A stretch of 64,000 nt of DNA, taken from positions 32,001 to 96,000 of the forward strand of contig JBFLZG010000084.1 in assembly GCA_040756235.1 (NCBI GenBank), in the 5' to 3' direction. Below, in pieces: positions 28,419 to 37,081 of this stretch. The stretch comes from a bacterium (GTDB lineage: Bacteria; Desulfobacterota; DSWW01). How positions within the stretch are numbered: the first letter of the stretch is position 1; every line of letters begins with the position of its first letter. A program made the translations under genes and the position numbers. The notes below the pieces were generated by a model, which did no database searches, was not told the origin of the DNA, and was given only the letters and a program-made list of their open reading frames with translations.

Positions 28419-29519
28419 ATGAAGGTTACGTTGAGCGTGATCAAGGCGGATATCGGCAGCGTGGGGGGCCACATCTGTCCGAGCAAGGCCCTGGTCGGCC
28501 GGGTCCAGGAATTCCTGCGGGAGAACGCCCGGGGGATGCTGATCGATTTCAACGTGAGCCACACCGGCGACGATATCGCCATCCTGTGCACCCACGAGCA
28601 CGGCACCTCCAGCGAAAAGGTCCACAAGCTCGCCTGGGATACCTTCGTCGCCGGCACTCAGGTCGCCAAGAAGCAAGGCCTGTACGGAGCCGGCCAGGAC
28701 CTGCTCAAGGATTCCTTCTCCGGGAACGTCAAGGGAATGGGCCCGGCCGTGGCGGAAATGACCTTCGAGGAGCGGCCGAACGAGCCTTTCCTGTTCTTTG
28801 CAGCGGACAAGACCGACCCCGGCGCGTACAGCCTTCCTCTCTATCTGGCTTTTGCCGACCCCATGCACTGTTCCGGCCTGATCCTGTCGCCCAAGATGGC
28901 GGCCGGGTTCAAGTTCACCATCATGGACGTCAATTGCACGGAGGCGGACCGCGTGATCGAGCTCAACGCGCCCGAGGAGCTGTACGACATCGCCGCCCTT
29001 CTCAGGGACCCCGAACGCTTTGTCGTCGAAAGCATCCACTCGAGGACCGACGGCGAGATCGCGGTCTCCGTGAGCACGACGAGACTTCACAACATCGCAG
29101 GCAAGTACGTGGGCAAGGACGACCCGGTGGCGCTGGCCCGCGTACAGGGCAACTTCCCGGCCACGGGCGAGGTCGTTTCCCCCTTCACCGTAGCGCCCTT
29201 CGTGGCCGGGTTCATGCGGGGCAGCCACAATGGGCCGCTCATGCCGGTCAAGAGGAACTGCTGCATCTCCTATTTCGACGGGCCGCCGGTCGTGAGCTGC
29301 ACCGCCTTCTGCGTCCGGGAGGGCGTGCTGACCGAGCCGGTGGATGCCTTCGATCACCCGCTCTGGGACCACGTGCGGATGGAGGTATCCCGCAAAGCGA
29401 TCGAGTTGCGCAAACAGGGATTCTTCGGAGCGGCGATGCTGCCTTACAGCGAGCTCGAGTACGGCGGGATCGTGGACAAGATGGCCAAGCTGGACAAGAA
29501 GTTCCGGCTCCGAAAGTGA
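28419..29519 (+). CDS. fbp: Bifunctional fructose-1,6-bisphosphate aldolase/phosphatase (class V FBPase)
   Basis: SVIKADIGS..GH, GDDIA, GLYGAGQDLL, FSGNVKGMGP, ADKTDPGA, YVGKDDP, GFMRGSH, ELEY. Confidence 0.95.
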   Translation: MKVTLSVIKADIGSVGGHICPSKALVGRVQEFLRENARGMLIDFNVSHTGDDIAILCTHEHGTSSEKVHKLAWDTFVAGTQVAKKQGLYGAGQDLLKDSFSGNVKGMGPAVAEMTFEERPNEPFLFFAADKTDPGAYSLPLYLAFADPMHCSGLILSPKMAAGFKFTIMDVNCTEADRVIELNAPEELYDIAALLRDPERFVVESIHSRTDGEIAVSVSTTRLHNIAGKYVGKDDPVALARVQGNFPATGEVVSPFTVAPFVAGFMRGSHNGPLMPVKRNCCISYFDGPPVVSCTAFCVREGVLTEPVDAFDHPLWDHVRMEVSRKAIELRKQGFFGAAMLPYSELEYGGIVDKMAKLDKKFRLRK

Positions 29520-29658
29520 GGCGTCCGCCGGGTGCCGGGGATGCCGATGTCCCTGGCCCGCTTTTCTTTCCTATCAACGCGAGCATACGGTCGCTCGAAT
29601 CCCGCTTCCTCACGACAGCTGGCGGCGGCGTCCCGCAACAGCCTGCCAGGAGATCGCC

Positions 29659-30762
29659 ATGCCTCGAAAGATGACCGGCAAGGAGCGCATCCTCAAGGCC
29701 CTGGACAGAGGCGAGCCGGACCGGGTCCCGGTGTTCGAGATGGCCCTGAACGAAGCGAGCATCGTGGGGGTGGGGAAGCACTTCACCGAAAACGTCCCCC
29801 CCGTCCGGCACCTCTCCGACATGACCCTGGAGGAGCAGCTCCGGTACATGGACCTGCTTTCCCTCATCCTGAAGGCGCTCGGCAACGACGGGATCTCCAC
29901 GGTCCTGATCTTCCGGAAGGAGAGGGCAGGGGACAAGCTGGTCAGGGACAAGTTCGGCACGGTGTACCGGCTCTCCGAGGTGGGGGAGCCCATTCCGGTC
30001 GGAGGCCCGGTCCGGGAAGCGGCGGACATCCGCAAGCTGCTGCCGATGGAGCCGGATCCGCTCGACTTCGCCATGCTCCAGTATCTCATCCATACCATGG
30101 GCAAGGACGTGGCGCACTTCTTCACGCTGCCCGGACCTTTCCGCTTCTCCTGGCAGCTTCGGGGCGGCATGGAAAAGCTGCTGCTCGACTACATGCGCAA
30201 TCCGGGCCTGGTGCTCGAACTGGCCAGGATCACGACCGACTTTTGCCTCGCTGCCATCGAGATGGCGGCAGGTGCAGGCGCGAACGTCGTCGTGCTCGAA
30301 GGAGACCTGGCGTTCAACACCAACACGCTCATGAACCCGGACCAGTACCGGAGGTTCGTCAAGCCCTTCCATGAGGAGATCGTCCGTTTCTGCCACGGCA
30401 AGGGTCTGAGGGCCGTCAAGCATTCGGACGGAAACCTCTGGCCGATTCTCGAGGACCTGGTGGAGGTGGGGTTCGACGGAATTCACCCCATTCAGCCGCA
30501 GTGCATGGATATCGGCCAGGTCAAGGACCGGCTGCAGGGCAGAGCCGCAGTGATCGGAAACATCGACTGCAGTTTCCTGCTGCCTTTCGGCTCCGTGGAC
30601 GAGGTGGAAGCGGCGGTGAAGGAGACCATTCGGGCCGCTGCCCCGGGCGGCGGCTACATCATCAGCTCTTCCAACTCGATCCACCCGGGCGTGAAGCCGG
30701 AGAACTATGTCGCCATGGTCCGGGCGGCCCGGAAATACGGAGCTTATCCCATCGGTTTCTGA
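29659..30762 (+). CDS. Uroporphyrinogen-decarboxylase-like (URO-D/MtaA-CmuA superfamily) methyltransferase
   Basis: ERILKAL..EPDRVP, KHSDG, IGNIDC, GGGYIISSSNSI; adjacent to a corrinoid protein gene. Confidence 0.85.
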   Translation: MPRKMTGKERILKALDRGEPDRVPVFEMALNEASIVGVGKHFTENVPPVRHLSDMTLEEQLRYMDLLSLILKALGNDGISTVLIFRKERAGDKLVRDKFGTVYRLSEVGEPIPVGGPVREAADIRKLLPMEPDPLDFAMLQYLIHTMGKDVAHFFTLPGPFRFSWQLRGGMEKLLLDYMRNPGLVLELARITTDFCLAAIEMAAGAGANVVVLEGDLAFNTNTLMNPDQYRRFVKPFHEEIVRFCHGKGLRAVKHSDGNLWPILEDLVEVGFDGIHPIQPQCMDIGQVKDRLQGRAAVIGNIDCSFLLPFGSVDEVEAAVKETIRAAAPGGGYIISSSNSIHPGVKPENYVAMVRAARKYGAYPIGF

Positions 30763-30789
30763 AGAGGTTCCACCGCGGGGGCGACGGCC

Positions 30790-31425
30790 ATGAAGGCAGA
30801 ATTGACCAGACTGGGGGATGCCCTTCTCGCAGGCAACGTCGAGGAAGTGCGGCGCCTCACGCAAGAGGCCCTGAGGCTGGGCGTCCCACCTCAGGCGATC
30901 CTGGACACGGGCATGCGGCCCGCCATGGAACGTCTGGGGGAACGGTTCTCGGCAGGGCTCGCCTATCTGCCCGAGCTGCTCCTGGCGGCGGACACGATGA
31001 AGGAAGGCATGGAGGTGCTGCGGCCCGCGGTGCTGCGCGGCGAAGTCAGGCCCGAGGCGACTCTCCTCATCGGCACCGTCGAGGGGGATATTCACGACAT
31101 CGGCAAGAACCTGGTCCGGATGATGTTCGAAGGCGGGGGCTTCCGGGTGATCGATCTCGGGATCGACGTCACCTGTGAAGGTTTCGTCGAGGCTTATCGC
31201 AGGGAGCAGCCGGACTTGGTGGGCCTGTCGGCTCTTCTGACCACCACGATCGGTCAGATGGAAAAAGTGATCCGCCTGATCCGCGCGGAAGACCCTCGAG
31301 CCAGGGTCCTCGTGGGCGGCGCGCCGGTCCGGCAGGCCTTCGCCGATCGGATCGGAGCCAGCGGATACGCGCCGGATGCTGCCGCCGCCGTGAAGGTGGG
31401 AAGAAGCCTTCTGGGTCTCGGATAG
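30790..31425 (+). CDS. Methyltransferase cognate corrinoid (B12-binding) protein
   Basis: YLPELL cap, GTVEGDIHDIGKNLV (DxHxxG), GLSALLTTT, VGGAP. Confidence 0.93.
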   Translation: MKAELTRLGDALLAGNVEEVRRLTQEALRLGVPPQAILDTGMRPAMERLGERFSAGLAYLPELLLAADTMKEGMEVLRPAVLRGEVRPEATLLIGTVEGDIHDIGKNLVRMMFEGGGFRVIDLGIDVTCEGFVEAYRREQPDLVGLSALLTTTIGQMEKVIRLIRAEDPRARVLVGGAPVRQAFADRIGASGYAPDAAAAVKVGRSLLGLG

Positions 31426-31607
31426 AGCCTGTGCCGAAAGCCCGGCCTGGAGGTTGTCGCCTGCCCCGCGGATGTCGGAGAACGGCCACACGGCTGTCGT
31501 CCTGGACCGTCACGTGAGCGTTGACAGCCCGGCGGCGGACCCGGGCCGACGGGCCCTGTCCCCTAGGAAATCAGCCGCCTGGATCGCTACAACCTTCCGT
31601 CCTCACC

Positions 31608-31623
31608 TGGCATCTGAATTGCT
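31608..31623 (+). promoter_or_regulatory. Sigma-54 -24/-12 promoter
   Basis: TGGCAT-CTGAA-TTGCT. Confidence 0.6.
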
Positions 31624-31705
31624 GTCTCGTGTGGTCTCGTCCGTTTTTCCTTCTTCCCTCCTTGCTCATCATGGGTCTGCTGATCGAAAGCGGGGTCGCG
31701 AGCCC

Positions 31706-32284
31706 GTGGGACAGGTCATTCCATTTCCCCCCCGACGGAAATCGGACCTGGAATCCGGAGGCAATGGAGGCCGGGGACCGCACAAGGTCCTTGCGCCGAG
31801 CATGACTCTGGAGGAACAACTGGACGGCTTCCTGGATCGCATCGGCACCCCCTGCCCCGGAGCGGGGCCGGCGCAGTCGGGAAGGGCGCCGCAGCGTGCG
31901 GCTAACATCCGCCGGCTCCTCGCGCTACGACCGCCGGGATTGCTGGTCTTCTGCAACACCGTTTTCGATAACGGCAGCCGCGCCGTCCCCTGGGGGGACG
32001 TGTTCGCTTTGACCGATCCGCCCGACACCTACCGTTACATCTTCACCGTCTACACCCGGAGCTATGTCCGGTACTGCGCGAGGTGCCGCGGCGAGAAGAT
32101 CCGAGAATCCGACGAGAACATCATCCTGGCCGTGCCCGCACTGACCAACTGCGACGTCCTGGCAGCCGCGAGAAGGTGGATCGATCTCTACCAGCCCGGG
32201 CTCCAGGGGGTGACCGTTCGCCTGGAAGATCCGGATACGGTCCTGGAGATGGTCTCGAGGTCGATCGACGAAGGCATCTTCTGA
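31706..32284 (+). CDS. Hypothetical protein
   Basis: Part of ORF 31454..32284; GTG 31706 (MGQVIPFPP...) chosen because it lies downstream of the sigma-54 site; contains CxxC (CARC). Confidence 0.5.
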   Translation: MGQVIPFPPRRKSDLESGGNGGRGPHKVLAPSMTLEEQLDGFLDRIGTPCPGAGPAQSGRAPQRAANIRRLLALRPPGLLVFCNTVFDNGSRAVPWGDVFALTDPPDTYRYIFTVYTRSYVRYCARCRGEKIRESDENIILAVPALTNCDVLAAARRWIDLYQPGLQGVTVRLEDPDTVLEMVSRSIDEGIF

Positions 32285-32369
32285 CCGGAGGCCGTTATCG
32301 GTTTCCAGTTGCCGGCTATCAGCCGCAAGAGGGACAAGCCGACAGCCCCTGCCGAGCGCGACATTTTGT

Positions 32370-32399
32370 TTGACACTTCGAACCCGCACCCCCTAGACT
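32370..32399 (+). promoter_or_regulatory. Sigma-70-like promoter
   Basis: TTGACA-N18-TAGACT upstream of the Fe-S gene. Confidence 0.5.
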
Positions 32400-32444
32400 G
32401 CCGGTGAAACTTACTCTTTCATGGGCATGGGACAGGAGGCCGCC

Positions 32445-33500
32445 ATGGGTCAGGACGTATATCTGAGGCTGCGGGAGTTCCTCGACAAAATGCCCGGGAG
32501 CTACCCGGCGACCGAGAGCGGGGTGGAGCTCAAGATCCTCAAGAAGCTCTTCACTCCGGAACAGGCCGAGATCACGATGCAGCTCAGTCCGCTCCCCGAG
32601 ACCGCTGCAGCCGTCGCGGCCAGGATCGGGACGGATGCGGCCGCGCTGGCAGCGAGACTCGAGGGCATGGCGAGGGAAGGGCTCATCCTGCGGATCCGCG
32701 CCGGCGAGGACGCGCTCTATGCTCCGGTCTCCTTCGTGGTCGGAATCTACGAGTTTCACCTGAATACGCTCGACCGCGAATTGTGCGAGCTTTTCGAGGA
32801 ATACCTGCCTCACCTGGGGGAGGTGTGGAAGTCGATCAAGACCAAGCCTCTAAGGGTCGTGCCGATTCATTCGGCCCTGCCGGAAGGGCACGCGGTGGCG
32901 ACCTACGAGCAGGTCCGCGAGCTCATCAAGGACAAACAATTGATTTCCGTGGGCCCATGCATCTGCCGGAAGGAGCAGTCTCTGGTCGGAGGCAAGTGCG
33001 ACCGGCCTTCGGAACGGTGCCTGTCGTTCGACATGGTCGCGCAGTACTACATAGAGAACGGGATGAGCCGTCCGATCAGCCGCGAGGAGCTCATGGGCTT
33101 CCTGAAGATGGGAGAAGATCAGGCCCTCGTCCTCTGCCCCACGAATGCCAAAGAGATCATGAACATATGCCTCTGCTGCGGATGCTGCTGCGGGCTCCTG
33201 AGGACCTTGAAGAAGTTCGATCGACCCGCGGATCACGTGTTGAACCCGTTCCAGGCGAGGATCGATCCGGAGGCGTGCACGGCCTGCGGTCTTTGCCAGG
33301 ACAGGTGCCAGGTCGATGCCATTCGCGAGGCGGGCAACGTGGTCGAGGTGAACACCGGCCGCTGCATCGGCTGCGGTCTGTGCGTGCCGACCTGCCCTGC
33401 GGAAGCCATCTCAATGGTCGAAAAGGCCGAACCGGTTTCGATCCCGAACGATTTCATCGAGATGAACCTGCGGACTTTGCAGGAGCGAGGGCTGGTCTAG
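32445..33500 (+). CDS. 4Fe-4S dicluster ferredoxin-domain protein with N-terminal HTH-like region
   Basis: CICR, ICLCCGCCC, CTACGLCQDRC, CIGCGLCVPTCP; AGGAGG RBS. Confidence 0.88.
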   Translation: MGQDVYLRLREFLDKMPGSYPATESGVELKILKKLFTPEQAEITMQLSPLPETAAAVAARIGTDAAALAARLEGMAREGLILRIRAGEDALYAPVSFVVGIYEFHLNTLDRELCELFEEYLPHLGEVWKSIKTKPLRVVPIHSALPEGHAVATYEQVRELIKDKQLISVGPCICRKEQSLVGGKCDRPSERCLSFDMVAQYYIENGMSRPISREELMGFLKMGEDQALVLCPTNAKEIMNICLCCGCCCGLLRTLKKFDRPADHVLNPFQARIDPEACTACGLCQDRCQVDAIREAGNVVEVNTGRCIGCGLCVPTCPAEAISMVEKAEPVSIPNDFIEMNLRTLQERGLV

Positions 33501-33775
33501 GAGCCTGTCCAAGAATTCGGCTCCGGGAGGCTGTTCAGAAATGTCCAGATGCAAGGCGCGCGACCAATTCCGCAGGACAGCGGAATTGGTCGCATCATCC
33601 GCCAGGATGATGCGACCGCAGGGCGAGGGCCATGGACGGCCCGAGTCAAATCCTGAGGAATGAGGCGTACATGGGAGTACGCCGCAATGACCCCGGCTTT
33701 CGCCGGGGCAGGCTGCCCCAGGACCTCCACGCCGCATGAGCGCAACGCCGCAGATGGGCATTTATGGACAGCCTC
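33501..33775 (+). mobile_element. MITE-like palindromic repeat, copy 4 (longest, two internal hairpin modules), flanked by CTAG
   Basis: CTAG|GAGCCTGTCCA...TGGACAGCCTC|CTAG (33497-33500 and 33776-33779); the left CTAG contains the upstream stop codon. Confidence 0.88.
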
Positions 33776-33823
33776 CTAGGCGGGCGTTGAACGTGGCCCA
33801 TCGCGGGGACTGTTGCGGGCGAA

Positions 33824-33904
33824 GCGAAGTCGGAGATTGCGAGGCTTTGCGAAGTCGGAGATTGCGAGGCTTTGCGAAGTCGGAGATTGCGAGGCTTTGC
33901 GAAG
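33824..33904 (+). repeat. 25-bp tandem repeat, about 3.2 copies
   Basis: GCGAAGTCGGAGATTGCGAGGCTTT three times exactly, plus GCGAAG; no spacers. Confidence 0.9.
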
Positions 33905-33978
33905 CAACCCCCCTGGGTCCGTGCGACGCGCTGAGGTACGCATTCCAACTGAGGGCTGGGTGGCAAGAAGGGGTCGTC

Positions 33979-34308
33979 ATGAAAGAGCTGGACCTGAGGA
34001 AGTGGCATCGCAACCTGGGGATCTTCCTGGCTCTGCTGATTCTGATTCAGGCAGGGTCCGGCCTGGTGATGACGCTCGCAGAGGAGTCGTCGCACGCCCA
34101 TGCCGACTCCGAATCTGAGCCCCTGGGCGAAGAGGAAGGGGCGGAGCCCGCGTGGCTCGAATTTCTCGAGGGCATTCATACTGAAGGAGGCACGGTCGGC
34201 TATGCTTACCGACTCCTGGTGGGACTCGGGCTCATGGTCGTAGCCGTTACCGGCATCTGGATCTTTGTCAAAATTCAAGTGAGGCAGAGAGCGGCGGGCC
34301 GCCGCTGA
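33979..34308 (+). CDS. Small membrane protein, PepSY-associated TM-helix-like
   Basis: RKWHRNLGIFL...AGSGL and IHTEG...AVTGIWIF helices. Confidence 0.7.
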   Translation: MKELDLRKWHRNLGIFLALLILIQAGSGLVMTLAEESSHAHADSESEPLGEEEGAEPAWLEFLEGIHTEGGTVGYAYRLLVGLGLMVVAVTGIWIFVKIQVRQRAAGRR

Positions 34309-34320
34309 GCCTGGCTCGTG

Positions 34321-34752
34321 TCATTCCTGACCCGGCGCTCGCCGGATCTTCTTCGATGGCACGCTCGGGGTGTTGCGCTTCCCTCGTCTCCCCGCTCCGG
34401 GCACGACGCCGAAGCGGGGATCGTCCAGGGCGATCCGCTCCACCAGCCTGGAGGCCGCCCCCTCGAAATCCTCGATCCTCTCCGGAAGGTAGAGCCATTT
34501 CCCGAGCACCGGGTGCACCACCAGCTCCGGGTATTCCTGGAGCAACGAGTCGTGGCTGCCTCTGTCGGTGGGCACGAGGAGCCCCTGCCAGGGCTCGCCC
34601 CGATCGGCCAGAACGAGGACGAGGCGGCCGAACAGGTAACAGGCCCGGCAGCCGAACATCGACTTTTCCAGGTAAGACGGCTCCTCGATTATAGGCTCCA
34701 CCACCCAGCGCAGCGAGTGGGGCTCGAACGACTCTCCATCGGATCGGAACAT
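34321..34752 (-). CDS. Hypothetical protein, TfoX-N-like
   Basis: KSMFGCRACY..GRL, HPVLGKWLYLP; GGAGG RBS. Confidence 0.6.
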   Translation of the reverse strand: MFRSDGESFEPHSLRWVVEPIIEEPSYLEKSMFGCRACYLFGRLVLVLADRGEPWQGLLVPTDRGSHDSLLQEYPELVVHPVLGKWLYLPERIEDFEGAASRLVERIALDDPRFGVVPGAGRRGKRNTPSVPSKKIRRAPGQE

Positions 34753-34911
34753 GTTCCACCTCCGGCAAACAAATCTCGTCGACGGTCGATCTTGAAGATA
34801 AGCATAGATGCGGCAGGTCTCATCTTCAATCGCCTTCCCGGAAGGCGTATGCTCTTGTCCTCAAAGGATCGGCGGTTCGCCGGCGCGTTTCCTCCGTTTG
34901 CGGGGTCGCCC

Positions 34912-35829
34912 ATGGAGCTCTACAAAGGGTTTCATTTCCTCCAGGTGCACAAGACGGGCGTGGTGGACTCTTCGAGCCTTCTGGCCATCCGCGATGGGAA
35001 AGGTTTGTCCTGCGTCGAGATCGGCGGCGGGGGCGAGCCCAACATCCGTCAGACCCGGAGGCTGTTCGCAGAGGAGGGTCTCGAGATCGAGGACCTCCAC
35101 ACGGTGATCATCTCCCACACCCACGCGGACCACATGGGCGCCATCGCGCACTTTCGCGAACGGCTGCCGGGGCTCCGCGTCGTGGACCACGAGACGGATG
35201 CGCCGTACCTGCGTGACAACACCCTGCTGGAGCGGATCTTCGATGCGGACCTGGTGGCCCGGTACTTCCCCGGGAAACGCTTCAGCATCCTGGATTTCTA
35301 CGCCGCCTTCTGCCCGATCAGCGAGACCACGCCGGACCGGACCGTCACGGCAGGGGAGGTCCTGGCCTGCGGGGACTTCCGCTTCGAGGTGATCCACACA
35401 CCGGGGCACCATCCCGGGCACATCTCCCTGTTCGAGCGCAGCCTGGGCGTTCTTTTCGTGGGCGACATGGTGGGCCTGGAAGTGCCCTTCTACACGCCGA
35501 GCTCGGGCGGGGTCGAAGGATATCTCGGAAGCCTGCGGAAGTATCTGGCCCTGGAGCCGGCTCGCATCATCCCGTCACACGGCGATCTGATCGACCACCC
35601 GAGAGAGGCGGTGGAGGGCGCAGTGAGAAAAGTGGAGCGCCGCGAAGAGAGGCTGCTCGAGGCGCTCAGGCGGGAACCCAGGACCTTCCGCGAGCTCCTG
35701 CCGGAGCTCGTCCGCAGCCCGGCCCAGCACATGTTCCCGGGCGCGGCCATCCTGGCCAGCCACCTGGGGAAGCTCGTCAGGGAAGGAGTCGTCGCGGAGA
35801 GCGGAGACGGCCGCTACCGGCTCAGCTGA
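34912..35829 (+). CDS. Metallo-beta-lactamase-fold hydrolase
   Basis: SHTHADHMG (HxHxDH), HTPGHHPGH, FVGD, PSHG. Confidence 0.9.
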   Translation: MELYKGFHFLQVHKTGVVDSSSLLAIRDGKGLSCVEIGGGGEPNIRQTRRLFAEEGLEIEDLHTVIISHTHADHMGAIAHFRERLPGLRVVDHETDAPYLRDNTLLERIFDADLVARYFPGKRFSILDFYAAFCPISETTPDRTVTAGEVLACGDFRFEVIHTPGHHPGHISLFERSLGVLFVGDMVGLEVPFYTPSSGGVEGYLGSLRKYLALEPARIIPSHGDLIDHPREAVEGAVRKVERREERLLEALRREPRTFRELLPELVRSPAQHMFPGAAILASHLGKLVREGVVAESGDGRYRLS

Positions 35830-35886
35830 AGCCGTGGACGCCGCAGACGGACGTTTCGGGACAGCTCCCGCGGGGACCGCCTCCGC

Positions 35887-37023
35887 TCACCTGAAATTTG
35901 CCGCGCCCTTCATCATCTTCAGGAGGAAGTTCCCCTGGGGGATGAAGTCCTCGCTGCGGACAGCGTTCAGGCGGATCGCCTCCTCGGGGCAGGAGTAGGC
36001 GCAGACTCCGCAGCCGTAGCACCTGGCGCCGTCGATCCGGGCCACTTCGTCCTCTCCCACGGCAATGGCTTTGAAGTTGCAGAGGTCCACGCAGCTCCCG
36101 CACCCGGAACAGGATTCTGCCTCGACCGCCGCCCGGTAGCGGGACGGCATGGCCATGAACTTGATCCCCCGGTTCACCACCGCGTACAGCACGCCGCAGC
36201 AGCACTCGCAGCAACTGCAGATGAAGACGAAGCCCTCGGAGGAGTTCCCGGACAGGTGGACCAGCCCGTCCGCCGTGGTCTTCTTGAGCTGCTCCAGCGC
36301 TTCCGCCTTGCTGACCATGCGGCCGTGCCCCTTCTTCACGACCTGCTCGGCCATCATGTCGAAGGCCATGCAGGCGTCCTCGACCATGTGGCGGCAGTTC
36401 TTGCCGTGCGTGCGAATGCGGCAGACGCAGGGCTGCAGGCTGATCTGCTGAGCTCCTTCGATGATGCCGGCCACGGTCTCGTAAGGGAGCACGCGGCTCA
36501 CGTGGTCCACCTCGACCGGCTCGTTCACCGGGATCACCCGGAAGATCGTGTCCTCGTTCTCCTTGGCGTGCGTGCTCATCCGGGCGAAGGTGGCGACCAT
36601 CACTTCCTTGTAGAAGTTGTCCCACAGCTCGAGAAAGTCCTCGCCGAAGCGCTGCGGGTCGTCCCGGGTGTTGAGGAGCGTCATGTCGTGGAGCAGGAGC
36701 ATGGAGGTGATCTTGTACTTGAGGTCCGCCGCCACCAGGTCCGGGAAGGACATGAGGACGCCCTTCTGCTTGAGCACCTTGAGCCGGTTCTTGGTTTCCG
36801 CTTCGTTCAGCCCGAGCCTGTCCGCAGCCCGGGCAAGGGTGTAGGCCTTGCTGCCGAGCCGGACGATGGTGCGGGCTTCGTCCGGCGTCAGGATGCGCTG
36901 CAGGATCTCCGGCAGGTACTTGGTCTCGTCGACGTGCTTCTCGGGCACGTCGAAGGCCATGACGAGCTGCCTGACGAAATCTCGATCGGCCAAATCGAAG
37001 GTCTCCGGAGCAGTGGCTGCCAT
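35887..37023 (-). CDS. 4Fe-4S dicluster ferredoxin-domain protein (same architecture as 32445..33500)
   Basis: RVIPV, CVCR, ICSCCECCC, CSGCGSCVDLC, CYGCGVCAYSCP. Confidence 0.87.
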   Translation of the reverse strand: MAATAPETFDLADRDFVRQLVMAFDVPEKHVDETKYLPEILQRILTPDEARTIVRLGSKAYTLARAADRLGLNEAETKNRLKVLKQKGVLMSFPDLVAADLKYKITSMLLLHDMTLLNTRDDPQRFGEDFLELWDNFYKEVMVATFARMSTHAKENEDTIFRVIPVNEPVEVDHVSRVLPYETVAGIIEGAQQISLQPCVCRIRTHGKNCRHMVEDACMAFDMMAEQVVKKGHGRMVSKAEALEQLKKTTADGLVHLSGNSSEGFVFICSCCECCCGVLYAVVNRGIKFMAMPSRYRAAVEAESCSGCGSCVDLCNFKAIAVGEDEVARIDGARCYGCGVCAYSCPEEAIRLNAVRSEDFIPQGNFLLKMMKGAANFR

Positions 37024-37081
37024 GGGCATCCTCCATCTTGCTTGGGTTGGCAGGATCCCGGGGGGGCGGGGCGCGGGCCCT

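Noticed and set aside
33824..33904. Possible CRISPR array
   Set aside because: The units are contiguous with no unique spacers, and no cas genes are in the window.
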